64,000 nt of DNA from Vitrella brassicaformis CCMP3155 (Eukaryota; Protista; Chromerida): positions 186,001 to 250,000 of the forward strand of contig CDMY01000447.1 of the NCBI GenBank assembly GCA_001179505.1. The letters are read 5' to 3'. The notes under the pieces were generated by a model. The model made no database searches. It was not told where the DNA came from and was given only the letters and a program-made list of their open reading frames with translations. The position numbers and the translations under genes were made by a program. Below, piece by piece: positions 50,863 through 64,000 of the stretch (positions are counted from its first letter, which is position 1; every line of letters begins with the position of its first letter).

Positions 50863-52252
50863 TTATCCATTGGCTCGTCGGACATATCCATACAACTCCG
50901 GGAAGCCACTCGTCATATGTCGGTTACTGGTGCGTGTTTCTTGACGTGTGAGCCCTTGTTGGTGTGCCGGACACAGCAGTACCGATCCCACCGGTCGTTC
51001 ACGGGCGGGGGGTCTCTGCAAAGACCAAGACAGACAGACAGACAGGCAGACGGAAGATCGAGCACACACGTGGGAGAGAAACATGTATGTCAATGCTGAC
51101 CTCATGATGCGTATATTGAGGGACAGTGCAGAGGAGTTGCTCTGCTCATCCAGCGGCGCTATCAGACCTGCACCGCACCCAGCCAACCAGCCGTGCATGC
51201 ATGCAGACAGACAGACAGACAGACAGAGAGACACCGGTATAGATGGACATACCGGCGTAAGCGTGGAGTCGCTTGGTGACGGCTTGGAACTCCTCATTAG
51301 GCAGGAGCTTCTTCTTTCGTGCCAGCTGGTCACTGCACACACAAAGACAAGCACCACGCCGCTGTCCCAGTCGTCAATCGACAAGCAAGACATGTATGTG
51401 GTTACAGGATGGCGGCTGCCTTCGACTGGTACGGAATTGGCCGCTTTTTGTCCTCTATTATCTCCTTCCCTGCGCACACATACAACAGACAGGCAGGAGA
51501 CATGAAAAGGGGCGAGATAAGCACTGCCTTGTTCACTGGGCACCGTCGACAAGAGCAGTCATCCGTCTGCGGAAATCATCCAACACTGCCCTACCATGGA
51601 CACGCACAAACATACACACACACACACACACGTGCAGAGTCACGGGTGGCCCCATGCATGAATGCTGGAGCATCTGCGATGTACCGCTGTATCTCTTGAA
51701 AGGACAGCCGGCCGTCCTCGTCTTGCGGAATATGCGCCAGCAAGCCAAGCACCTCATCCCGTGTGTAGTGGCCCGCCGGGTTTAGAGCCGTCCTCACAAG
51801 CGACTCCACCAGTAAGTCGACGGTCTCCTTCGGTCGATAGAAAAGCTTGAACAGCTCCTGCCTATACATCTCTGCAAACGCCACTTTCAGCTCCCCATGA
51901 GTCATCACGTGACGACCCTTAAACCCTGAAAGAATCTCGGAGCACCACAAACATCACAAACAGGTGAATGCACCCGCCGTCTGCGTGTCATGACGCCAAC
52001 CTACATACCTGCGCGCATGAGTCCCTGCTCGTCAGCCGGCCCGCAATGCGCATAGAAGTCGAGTCTTGGTGTTGATTCGGGATGTTCGATGGTTTTTGGA
52101 AAGAGGAAGAGCATCAGGGAGGTGAGAGTCACTCTTGCGGGTGCGATGGGTGGGTCAACTGGGGCGAGGGGATTGGGCAAGGAAGGAGGAGGGAGCGCAG
52201 CTGATGCGCGAGGGCTGCCTCCATTCAGGGGTGGAGCTCCTGTGGTCTCCAT
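50863..52252 (-). CDS. Hypothetical protein with EF-hand-like loop; boundaries uncertain
   Basis: Exons FYAHCGPADEQGLMRA, VAFAEMYRQELFKLF...LLAHIPQDEDGRLSFQEIQRYI, EEFQAVTKRLHAYA and LIAPLDEQSNSSALSLNIRIMR. Confidence 0.55.
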
Positions 52253-52412
52253 TTTGTCACGGTGCTTCACGGTCAGCATGCATGCAGCCCCCAGGCAGCC
52301 CCCCGAGCTCGCACGACAGTGAAAGCAACCGCGCAGAAGGGTCCTCTCCAATTGATGCTTGTCGTTGTCGATGAGTCGGGGTCCTGGGGCAAGTCTGAGT
52401 TTGTCAGACTTG

Positions 52413-55400
52413 ATGTCCTCCACCAACAGTGAGTCCCTGCAGCTGAGACTCAGACTGACCCTCACCCCACCGCCGACCGCACCTCCTGTGACCGCCATTG
52501 CTGGAAGAGCCATCACCCTGCACCCGCCGCCAATGACTACGCCGAGCAAAGTCAAGGACAACAAGAAACGCACTGCAAAGGCAAATAGTATGGAACTGCA
52601 CACTGCACAATCATTGGCGCAGATCGATGGCGAGTATGGACCTCTCTTTTTTCTGTGCAGATGTGTCAGCGAGTCAGGCTCGCCTGCCACCCAAGCCGAG
52701 CAAACAGCAGTTCACCCCGTACATCACCTCCCCCGTCGCCAACACCACCCCCAAGCAGCGGCCTCCCAAGCCGTCCAAGCCATCCGGGCAGTCAACAGGG
52801 TCTCCAAGCCCCGCTCTCCCTCCCCCACGTGTGGTCCAGCCTCCCCCACCACCTGTGGCCCCGCCCCAGTCAGCCGCTGTGATCGCCCGCAGCGACATGT
52901 ATGTGTCGCCCTATGCGGCGGTGCAGCAGGTGCAGGCGAGGCCCAGGCCGTCACTCGCACCAGATGCTGTTGGAGTGGCAGTCGGGGCCAAGTCGACCAG
53001 ACGGGAGAGTGAGCCCATCACCCACTACCCCAGGATGGAGATTGCAGACGCGGGAAGACCCGAGGTACGTGCGTACTGGAGCATGCTTGGTGGGGGGTGA
53101 CTGCGTGTCTCTGCAGTGGCCTCGGTTGGAGCTGCCGAGGGTTCAGAAGAAGATGGTGTCGCCACGGTATGTGCCGTGGGGCGGAGACGGGCCCATCCCG
53201 TTCTCCACCGTCCGGTCCTCATACAAAAACTCATCCTACTCCACGTCCATCAGCAAGGAACCCGGCACTTACACGGTCACATAGCCATACACACACACAC
53301 ACACACGGAGATGAGGCGCATATGTATGTCTCCATTACCCATGCTTGTGTGGGAAAGCGTGTGTGTGTCATGGGTGCAGTGTGTGTTGGCGGCTGGGAAC
53401 AACCACAAGCTGGTGGAGCGGGTGTTGACGGAGACGCGTCCGTGGTGGCGTGTGGTGGAGACCACTTGGTGCTCGATCTTCGACCTAAGATGGGACCAGA
53501 CCGGACACGCCATCAAGTCAGCGAGACACACGCTGGTGCTTGCACGATGTGTGTGCGCCGTGTCTTTCACTTCTGTCTTTGTGCTGTGTGTGTAGGTGGG
53601 GCAGCATCAGCAATGTGCAACTAGTGAACCACTTTGAGTATGGCTACGAGATCGCCGTCAAGGGCAGACTACTCACCAACCTCGCCAAATTCACAGAGGC
53701 ATGCACGCAAGCAATGCAGCCAATGAGCATAGCACAACCACAACCAACACACCAAACTCTGTGTTGTCTCTCTCTGCCGATGGATCAGAGTCTGGGGCTG
53801 GATTTGTTTGAGTACATCCCGCTGACCTTCCTCATCAACAGCGATAGGGACAGCCCCACCTACCAGGACTTTGCACACTTCTTCAACCAACTCAAGGTCA
53901 CACCCACACGCACACACACCCACACACACATGGCTGAGCATGTGTCCTTTTCTCCCTGTCTGCCTGCTGCAGAGGCCTGCTGGCACCAAGGCCGAGCCGC
54001 CCCGGGGCAGCCGTGCTTCGTTGTTCACACACCCAAACCAACTCGTCTACGCAGGTAAGCTTACCGTTTTATGTCTGTAGGTCTGTATGTCTGTTGTCCG
54101 TGCTGTGCTCGTCAGTGACCCCGTATCCGTCATGCTTCACCTACACCGTTCGAGCGGGGTTCTCCTCGGGCCACAACCTGTGGATACTCAAACCGAGCGG
54201 CCTCTCGCGCGGCCGGGGCATACAGCTCTTCAAACGCCTCGAGGAGCTGAGATACCATCTTATAGAAGGCGCCAAACCAAAGCCTAAACAAATGAGGTAC
54301 GCAGTCACGCCACGTGGGTGTTTCTTGTCTGTCTGTGTCCATGAGTCTCTGTCTCTGTGTAGGTGGGTATGGCTAGACCCTCCGAGCCCTCTCTCCGATG
54401 CGAAAGATGGCAATGGCGGCTGTCCCCCTGCCAGCCTGACGGCCATGAGCACTGCGGACACCCTGTCAGCAGGATCGCCCTTCACACCCTTTCCTCCCTC
54501 GCCAACCGCAGCACTCTCACCTGACACACCCAAGGGCACCGAGCAGACCAACAACAACAACGACAAGTCCCCCCCAGCAGAGACGGAGACATCAGACGCT
54601 GCTGCCGCACGGTCATCTGATGGCGAGCCCCAGCAGCAAGAAGCACACCAGGGACAACTCGAGGCCACCTCCCCGACCACGATTACCAGTGTACTCTTCC
54701 CTGCGCGCCCACCTTCCCCTTTCCCTCCCCCTCCCCCTCCCCCTCCCCCTCCAGCCCTGCCTTCCAAACTCAGCCGCTCGGCGACCGTGCACACAGTCAA
54801 GAGCACTGGGACGGCTGGCAATGCCTCGCCAGATATCTGCCCGCCCTCCCCTGCCATTGTGAGTGCGCGAGGGGGGAGGGGTAAGGGCCGTGGGAGGGAG
54901 GATGACAGCATCTCTGGTCTGTCCCCGAATACGGGTGAGGTCGTGTCGCCCCCGTTCGCCATGATACGCCCCAGCCGACCCTCATCGGCATGGTTGGCCG
55001 CGGCCAGGGGGCGGGAGAAGGAGAATGGTGCTAATGGGGGGGGCGAGAAGGACTGGAGCACTCCATGTGAGGGCGAGAATGGGTCTCAGCAGGGGAGGCG
55101 GGGGTATTACAAGGTCCGGCCGCCCGTTAAGCCTGTTACAGAATGGGTAAGTGGCTCATGGAAGGAGGGGGGCAGGAACAAGGGAAAAACACGTAGGCTT
55201 CTGATATATGTGAATGTGTCTCATGCATGCAGGTGGCGCAGAAGTATATTGAGAGGTCTCTCTTGATTCGTGAGAGAAAGTTCGACGTCCGCATGTGGGC
55301 CGTGGTACTGAACGCTTCGTCGCACAGCACACACACGAGCCCATGCGTAGACAAAAAGAGGACTGACTTCTCTTTGACGCATATTGTGGCACAGGTGACA

Positions 55401-57665
55401 CCCAGCATGCACGTGTACCTCTACAGGTGAGGTGGGCTTCCTCACCCCCCCCCCCCCCNNNNNNNNNNNNNNNNNNNNNNNNNNNNNNNNNNNNNNNNNN
55501 NNNNNNNNNNNNNNNNNNNNNNNNNNNNNNNNNNNNNNNNNNNNNNNNNNNNNNNNNNNNNNNNNNNNNNNNNNNNNNNNNNNNNNNNNNNNNNNNNNNN
55601 NNNNNNNNNNNNNNNNNNNNNNNNNNNNNNNNNNNNNNNNNNNNNNNNNNNNNNNNNNNNNNNNNNNNNNNNNNNNNNNNNNNNNNNNNNNNNNNNNNNN
55701 NNNNNNNNNNNNNNNNNNNNNNNNNNNNNNNNNNNNNNNNNNNNNNNNNNNNNNNNNNCCCCCCCCCCCCCCCCTTCCTCAGTGAGTGCATTGGTTCATG
55801 TCCTGTATGGTCATGTGTCTGTCCCAGCGAGGGCTACATCCGCACGGCGAGTGAGCCCCTGCGGCTTGACGGAGATGGATACGGTAGACCAACACAGTAG
55901 ACTTGACGTCCGCTTCCCTCTGCATGTTTCCATTGATTGACGCAGTGGACCCCTTCATCCACATCACCAACAACGCTGTGCAGAAGCTGGGGGCCGCATA
56001 CGGTCAGTCAGCCAGCCAGCCAGCCAGCCAAGAAGATAGTTGTCTATCGAGCCAGAACACCGTGGATACATGTGTGTGTGCAGGCAAGCATGAGGCCGGC
56101 AACCAGATGTCGTTTCAGGAGCTGCAGGAGTACTGTGCGGAGCACTACCCTCATCTGCAGCTGGACTTCAGCCCGCAGGGTGGCGTCCTCAGACGAGTGT
56201 CAGAGCTGGTCGCTCTCTCAATGCAAGCCGTGAGCTTTAAAGAGGGGCGGCCGGCCTCGAAAGGGGCAGTAGCACATGTCTCCTGTTTTGCGCGCGTGTG
56301 TGTGTGTGTGTGTGTTGGGCAGATTCGTCAGTCCCTGAATCGCCGCATGAGGCGATGCTCATTCCAGCTGTTCGGGTCAATCTTTCATTCGACTCTGCCA
56401 GCAGCTAGCGTGGTTGCCTTGTGTGATCTCATTCTGTCTGTGCTGCAGTTATGACTTCATGATTGATGAAGGCGGGCACACGTGGCTCATCGAGGTCAGT
56501 GAGTGGAGCAAATGAAACAAAAGAAGGAAGACACGTGACCAGTGCATGTGTGCGGACGTGCAGGTCAACAGCAATCCGTGTCTGGAGGAGTCCTCGCCGC
56601 TGCTGCGTCGGTTGCTGCCCGAGATGCTGCACGACCTGTTCAAGCTCGTGGTGGACCCCTACTTCAAACCCATCCGTTCCACACATTGGAACATATACAG
56701 AAAATTCCAAGTGAGAAAGGGCACTCACGCTGTCTTTGCTATTTAAGAGTGTGTGTTGTCTGTGTCAGGTTGAGGAGCGTGCGTCTCGTTTCGAATTGGT
56801 GACGTGTCTCAACACGCCCCGGTCTGTGTTCCTCCCCGGTGGGGAGCTGCCTAAGTGGGGAGTGGGGCTACCCAGAGGTAGATCCGTCACACACGCATGC
56901 GTACATTGACAGACATGTCTCCTGCTTTTCTCACGCAGGCAAAGGCCAGCGCCTGCTCGCAAGGTAAGGGAGCCAACTGCCTGCCTCTCATCCTGTGGAC
57001 GTGGCTCTTCGTTTGTGTGTGGTTTGCTTCGGTTGACCAGTGCGTCTCGAACGCTGCTGGGCATCACTCAGCGCGCCGGCGCAGGTGGCGGTATGGGACC
57101 GATTTCCTTCCACCCCACACCATGGCGAATCATCAAAGGCACCCACACATGCACATACAATGAATCGTTCCTCCCTTCATTGTGTATCCTCTCTTGCGCA
57201 GGCACGAAGCCTCCCAGAGTCGACCATCAGTGTCCCTGGTGCTCGCCAATCCGGCTGCTCAAACACACCCCCGAGCTGCCTGAAGAGGGTGGACCTGCCC
57301 CTCGTCCCAACCCCTCTCTGTCGCCCCTGCCTCTCTCCCCGCCGGATGACCTCACCATGCCCCCGTGGCTGGCCAAACAGGCCAAGGACGATGTGCAGGG
57401 AGAAAGGGGGGCGAGCAACGGCAATGGTGGTGTTGCCGAGGCCGCCAAGGCCCCTTACGACAAGAACGACAAGGCGAGGAAACGAGCTGCTGTGAACAAT
57501 GGCAGGAGAAGACGAGATGAGAATGGCAAGCAGGAGGGGAAGAGAGAAAGTGGTGGTAGTGGTATCGCTATTCATCCCAGCTGGTCGCGGCCCAGCAGCA
57601 GCGGCCAGAGCCAGGGGCGGGCATCAAGACAGAGCATTCACAACGTCTCCGTCATCAAGCCGTAA
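52413..57665 (+). CDS. Tubulin-tyrosine ligase family protein (TTLL, possibly glycylase TTLL3-type); start may instead be 52533
   Basis: GNNHKLV, VNHFEYGYEIAVKGRL, WILKPSGLSRGRGIQLF, QKYIERSLLIRERKFDVRMW, EGYIRTASE, IHITNNAVQK, FQLFG/YDFMID...WLIE/VNSNPCL. Confidence 0.92.
55459..55758. other. Assembly gap (300 N) in a TTLL intron
   Basis: 300 N flanked on both sides by poly-C. Confidence 0.99.
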
Positions 57666-58156
57666 CGAAGGCAGCTTTCCATGTCTCTACTTATGTCTGT
57701 CTGTCTAGTTGCGTGAATTGGTCTTTGGCATGATAAGACATTCTGGGCGCAAGCTTCGGCCGGGCCGTCGTCGATCTTTGACAGACAATGCTGTCAATCT
57801 CAAGACATGTGGCACGGTGTGGCAAGGTCAATGAGCTACCTAGTCAATGAACGTCATAGGACCGACGTCTCATTCGATCGATTGCAATTGGCTCATGTCC
57901 GGATGAACGCACATGTACTACACACACAACACAGGAAGTATGTCATGACTGCCTCAGTCACTCACCGCCTACCAGGCTCGACGGCCTAACACAAATCTCT
58001 CTCTCTCTCCCCTTCTCTCTGTCTGTCTGGCCGCACAGAGCATACCAAGTGCAAAGTCACACGCATCAGCGGGCAGCGAAGGACAGCAAGGAGGAAGGCA
58101 AGACAAGTGGGGGGGCGGGCCTGTCTTGTACACTGGTGTGATAAGAGGGAAAGGCC

Positions 58157-61100
58157 CTAGGTGTACATGAAGTCGCACTGCCTGCAATCGGTAATCCCGC
58201 CCGTCGCAGCCCACACGACAGCGACCAAGCTTATGCACAGCGTGGACTCGTCGTTAACGTCCGCTTTCCGGCCCTCAAACATCTCGATAATCGCCACCAT
58301 CACCTGAGCAGTCACTGCAATCGCACCCACAGACATAGAGACACAGACGTGGGGCTGAGAAAGAAATCTTGGTATCGACTCTCTTCCGTACGCCAAGGAG
58401 CGACCAGCAAGAGCTCCTTAACAGATGAAAAGATAGGGACGAAGTACATAAAAGCCAAGAAAGCCATACAGAGGGGGGAGGGGGGTCACGCGGTGAGTGT
58501 TGTGGTAGCTCCCGTGTGCGATCCTTGGTTTACTTGCCTTGAGACAGTATTTGCCGTCGTCGTCAGGGCTGCAAAAGAGAACAGCGTTGGGCAGTTTTTT
58601 TGCAACATCCTATCTAATAGCTCACTAGACGTGACTGTTGTAAAGGAAGTCCATTATACTCCTGCACCTGACAGGGGCGCACTCGGATGAAATAGGCACG
58701 AGCGCACCATCACCACTGATAGGGCGGTCGCCCCCTCCGACGTCTTCCTATGAGCGGGATAGCCGATTGATGCCGCAGGGATCCATTTCTTTGACGAGCC
58801 GATCGAAACCAGCAGATGGATCAATAGATGGGTCTTCAAACCAGCTGCCAGCGCGTACCACTTGTAGGCCTGCACAATCCAGGGCCCACATCAATATGAC
58901 ACGCACAGCCGAAGAAACTTCAAACCTCTCTTCTTACAAACTGGGTTTGAATGGACGAGGAGCTTCTAAAAGATGCATGCAGACAAGAAATGAGGCCTTG
59001 TCGATTTATGGCGGTTCGGGCACCTCCAAGTGGCCATGCAATTTCCCCATGCACTGGCAAGTAGGCTATGGCATTGTGTTGGACATCCTGATATGACCAA
59101 TACAGACATTCGTTGGCGGTATGGCATGCAATCAGACATCGATTCGTAGGCTTTCTTACGATGACTCTGAGTTGTGTCATGCTGTAAATCATGGGTGGGA
59201 TATGGATGACGTTATTGAACATCAGAGTGATGTATGAGAGTTCACGAAGCTCGTTTATCCATGGGGGGATGGAACTGCAACCACAGGCAGAGATACAGAG
59301 AGAAAGTAAGGATCAGTGCATAGTACACGCTCTGTGCTAGAACCCAAGACGTGAGCTTCATATTTACCGGACGTCTGCCAGCTGAAACCCGAGGGTTCGG
59401 AGTTTGTGCTGCAGCCGAATGCCCTTCGGTATCTCGGTGATATTGGATATGAAGTACTTGTAGGACTTCGATGAATGAGTATCGCCCACAAACCCGAAAA
59501 TAACAGCCTGGCACAAGACAACACAACAGGGGAAAGCAACACAGAGACACAAAGAAGCAGACTAACGGTTGATTCTGTCATCTTGCTGTATTGTAGTTTT
59601 TTCTCACCTCTAGTGTAGTATAATGATCGAGTCCTTCGATGAATTGCATGGTGGCGCTATAGTCATTCAGTGTGAGCTCCTAGATATGCCGTAATATCTG
59701 TCATTCGCCATACCAGGCTCATCCAGTGAGTCAGACATAAAACTCGACTCCGACACGTACCTGCAGTCACAAGGAAGCTTCGTCCTGCTGGCTCCGAGGA
59801 CTGGATAAGTCCGGTAAGAGCAGAACTGATGTCCTGGAAGTGTGGGACAGATGACGCCGCCACGCCATCGTTGAGACACTTGTAAGAGGGTGAAGGCGAA
59901 GAGAAACAGCATCAGGAGTATGGATGCTGGCCATATCACAGTCTTCTCAATGCAGATGACTCGCGTCGATCGGCCAGAAGGTGGCGCATAAAAGGCGGAC
60001 AGCTGCTTTCGGAGGCGAAATTCAACTCTTTCGTCTCCTTTGGACAGATCATTTCCATGAGCGCGGTGAGTTGCGGATGGAGACGCTGAATTGCCTGACT
60101 CTCGTAAGCCCTCCTTTTCGCCGAGGACCTCCTCTTCTTGTGCCCCTTCGTTTTCGTCGCCTTCATGTGTGCCGTTGTCTTCTCTTTTTGGCTCATCTTG
60201 TATGGCATCAGTTAGCTGTTGCGTAATATCATACGTGCCGTTATCTTGCTGTGCTGGCCGATGCTCATCTGTCATATCAAAGTCCACTACATGGATGTAG
60301 AAGTCGGCCACACGGATGCGCGGCTCTTCAGCTTCGGACGTTTGTGACGAAGCCGACCGCAGGATGGTGGAGAAAGCCACCGAGTCAACCCTTGCCACTG
60401 CGGTCTCGTCAAATGCAGCGAACTTCTCTGCCATTCCGTCGGTCTCCTGAACATTGCCGTCTGCCCTTTGGGAATCGTTCAATTCCCAGTCTCCATTGTC
60501 GGGATCGCCGAGATTGACCATGGCTGCTCGTGGGGACTCTTCGACATGGCCTTGACGATCAGTCTGGTCGGTCCCCTCTTTCAGGTACTTGGATCGCATC
60601 TGCTCACGGCTCCTCTTCCAGTCGGTATAGCGTTTGAGGGTAAGAAGTGCATCGATGGCACGAAGCTCGAACAAAGCCAACAACAGGGGGCAATACGCTG
60701 CCAAGAACTGCAGCCATCCTCAATTACAGATAGACAACTGATCAACGTATCGTGATACTTACTTGAAGCACATTGTGCGTCCGAAGGGATACAAACATGC
60801 CGATCGACCAGGTCACTTTCCATTGAAATCGTCCCACCTCCAAGAGCCCAGCTGATGAAAGCATCAGGTGCACCGAATAAAGCAGGTTGATCCCCAAAGA
60901 CGTGAAAATGGCCCAGCCCTGCATACATGGATGGATGAATTGAAGAAACAATCTTTTCATGCATGTATCCATCCATTTTACTCTCTTCTTCCGGGCGTGC
61001 ACAATAATGATCAGGAGTGAATGGATGAACATGAGAAGGGACAACAGAAAATGAGACAGCCACGGTTGTGCGGGCAGGTCCTGTAGAATAAAACACCATG

Positions 61101-62581
61101 CAGCGGGGCAGAAAGCGGATACATCTCGACTCCTCTTACTTTTGAGCCAAACAGATCCCAGCCACCAAGCATGAGACATGAGGATAGCTGCAAGGCGATG
61201 TCTCCTGTCTCATCTATTATCGGGTCAGCAAAGAGGAAAACACCAAGGACTCAGACTATTCTTCTCTATGATTTATCCTTGTTTACCGCAAAAGTGCCTG
61301 ACAGACGATTGAATGCAAACCAAGTGGACCTCTTCAGGCAAGAGAGACGTGATTTGGTAATTCTTTGTTTTACCTACACGATCCAAAACATGCTGCCACT
61401 CAATCCAAAGAGTGTCCAGGCCTTGAGAAGCGCCGTCTGATACCACTCCACTAGCTTCGCCACACGAGCCACCATGAGACTAGCATAACTCAAAGACTTC
61501 TGTCTCAGGCCAAAGGCCGCGGGGGTATTTTGGATACATCCGATGATTCCATCGGCGACTTGTCAGTGAGGCCGCTCGTCCGTTGGTGGTGAAGTGAGGT
61601 GAATCTCCTGCTTTGATGCTCAACAGAAAGTTTTGCTAGCCTGCGCCTACTCTCTTTCCTGAGACATAAGAAGACACAATGGATGGCAAATGGTGCGCAT
61701 TTTGATTGTGGCACCATCTTTTTCTCATCCCACGAAAGCCAAACGCATGGCTTATAAGCACAGCGAATGCCCAGACGCCCAACGCAGTCCACAGCGTTCC
61801 GTAAATGATCGATCTACCGCAATGAAGCAGCAGCTGAGACCGACACCTTGAATGCAACAGAAAACTGATTTCACCTCGTTGTTGCGATGAATACATAGTC
61901 TTCTGTTGAGAGAAGTTTGTGAACGTAATCCTCCTGAGAAATCGTGCGCAAAACGTTCGCAGCTGCCATATCGCTCTCTCGTGTTCGTTGTTTGATGATT
62001 TGCTTACCATGTCTGCATACCCCATGAAGCCCATACTGTCAAAAAAGTCAGCAAAATGCCTGTGACAGTGATAGAAAAAGAAAAACACAATGAGTTAAGT
62101 CCACGTCTGTCTTTCCCTGACCTTTCCAATTGCTCCCCGAGTGCATGCAGCGCACAGAAGACGCCAATCACGGACATTGAAGCCCACGAGACATAGTTGG
62201 ACAGCCCAGTCGCTTCACAGAAAGAAATCTCTCTCACAGCATCCGCGTCCGACAGCTTCACCCGGTGAATGTGGCGGTGTGAATCAGCTAGTCCTTCCTC
62301 CATTGTGCCGGCTTTGCCTGCTCGGCTATTCTTCTTCTCATCGTGCAGCTGGGGTCCAGACAGAGATGCGAAGCCTTGCCAAGTGAAGTCAAGTGAATGC
62401 ACGGTCCGTGTTTGCGGCTCACCACACTCAAGTAATGGTCCACAGTGGTTTCGACGGCCTCTACGGCAGCTGAGATATTCAGGGCGTCATACACGGCGTT
62501 ACCCAGGGAGCCGACTGATTCACGAGAAGTGCGGCGCACTCTCTCAATGAAGCTGACTCCGATTCGCCTTTTCGCCTTCAT
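58157..62581 (-). CDS. Multi-pass membrane protein with Cys motif and C-terminal leucine-rich repeats; 3' end uncertain
   Basis: Several hydrophobic helices, an acidic loop, then ICPTLPGHQFCSYRTYPV...PCDC. LRR units splice in frame: ITEIPKGIRLQHKLRTL...VR/SIPPWINELRELSYITLMFNNVIHIPPMIYSMTQLRVI/DVQHNAIAYLP. Confidence 0.55.
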
Positions 62582-62750
62582 GATGGATGGATGGATGGGA
62601 AAGGCGATCAAAACCACGCGCGGGCGCTTGCCAAGGGAGAAAACGGGGGCCTGTGAAACGGAGACGCCGAAGACAAAAGCGAATCGAACGTGGCTGGACC
62701 TGTAGATGGACACAGGAGGGCTTGACAGCTGAACCTTTCTGTCCCTAGCA

Positions 62751-64000
62751 ATGCAGCTAGGACGTCGAGCATCAGCTCTGGCGCGAAAGGAGCTTGGCAG
62801 ACGATTCTTTGCTTCTCGCCCTTCATTGGCCTCACAGCACCCCACAGGCGACAGCCGGGGCGACCAACGACGCCTGTTTGAGCTTGCCGCTGGAGCTGGC
62901 GCCCTCCTGTTTGCTGTTGGTGGAGCGGCAGCCTACGCCCGGCGCTCACGTCCCTCCAGGTGTGAAGAAGCAGTTGCTGCGGGCACCAAAACCGACAATC
63001 TGCAACTGGTACAAAACGCTCAAGGGAATGGACAAGTCGAACGAAGTGTGTCACCACTCTGCGGTCGTCGTTGTGTGTGTCCTTTTTGTGCACCCTGATA
63101 TCAGGCACACCGTTTCCATGATAGTACCTCCCCGTCCCACGTGTCACTCCCCATCCCGACCCTCCCCCCTCCCCCATCATCCACCGTGACGCTTGTGACG
63201 GCCGACGGCCCGCCCTCGCCCAAGGCGGGGGAGTGGATAAAGGGTCTGCCTGAGTACAGCAAGGAGCAGGTGGCCGAACACAAGACGGCCGACAAACGGA
63301 TATGGGTCAGCTATAAGGACGGAGTCTATGGTGAGGCCAGCTGACTTCGGGAAAGTGAAGACAAGAAGCCGGCGAGATTGATGGGCTGGATTGGATGGCT
63401 GTGTGTGTGGCTCTTTCCTCTGGTGTGTGTGCAGATATCACTGGTTTCATCGACAAGCATCCCGGCGGTGCTCGGCGGATATCGTTGGCTGCCGGCGGCT
63501 CCATCGAGCCCTTCTGGGCCATGTACCAGCAGCACAACAAGCCAGAGATACTCGAGATGCTCGAGGAGTATCGCATCGGTCGGTCGGCCTGTAAACATAA
63601 TGACAAACACATGCACATCCCCGATTGTCTGCTCAGGCAACTACCTGAGACCGGCCGACAGTCCCAGTGTCGACGACCTTCGTACCACGGCAGATGGTAC
63701 GCATAGCGGACAGAGATACGTTCCTGTGTCACATCGACATGACATTTCGCTGTACGCCTTTCCTCACACCTCAGACCCATACCGCAACGAGCCCTCCCGC
63801 CATCCGGCGCTGAATGTGGTGTCTGAGCGGCCCTTCAACGCAGAGACCCCCGTGGCCCTCCTCGCCGACCACTTCATCACCCCAAATGAGGTCTTCTTCG
63901 TCCGCAACCACCTCCCCGTCCCCACACTCGAAGGCGACGGATACGAGGTGCAGATTTCCGGACTGGGCTTCCAGGGGCCCCTCAACCTGTCACTCAACGA
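62751..64000 (+). CDS. SUOX: Mitochondrial sulfite oxidase (cytochrome b5 + molybdopterin domains); 3' end runs off the window
   Basis: R-rich presequence plus TM. b5 domain RIWVSYKDGVY/DITGFIDKHPGG...AAGGSIEPFWAMYQQH. Moco domain start DPYRNEPSRHPAL...PFNAETP...ITPNEVFFVRNHLPVP. Confidence 0.95.

Overview
This is eukaryotic nuclear DNA: GC-rich, gene-dense and very intron-rich, with introns full of CA/GT/GACA microsatellites. Bipartite plastid-targeting leaders, flagellar/cytoskeletal genes and alveolate-type proteins suggest a chromerid such as Vitrella brassicaformis (inference, not verified). About 20 spliced genes are present, mostly in head-to-head pairs: a SNF1/AMPK-like kinase, a plastid-targeted helical protein, a C2/coiled-coil/GAS2 protein, PP2C, SNF7, a lectin-like/TSP1 membrane adhesin, DCTN5, a plastid 2Fe-2S protein, EMC10, a helical-repeat mitochondrial protein, an aquaglyceroporin, a REX1-like exonuclease, a divergent kinase, calmodulin, an ARM protein, an EF-hand-like protein, a TTL-family ligase, a multi-TM/LRR protein and sulfite oxidase. 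There are three 300-N gaps. The 30-34.8 kb segment is rearranged: decayed DEAH helicase and kinase fragments, a 92-bp TIR element interrupted by a truncated RLE-type retrotransposon with a 14-bp TSD, and an inverted copy of the EMC10/HPR promoter in front of the aquaporin. The main non-obvious signals are (1) many introns with AC-rich 5' halves complementary to GT-rich 3' halves and (2) a TGCGAGCT octamer recurring just upstream of gene starts. CDS coordinates are gene envelopes from manual splicing; internal exon borders are approximate and no database searches were run.
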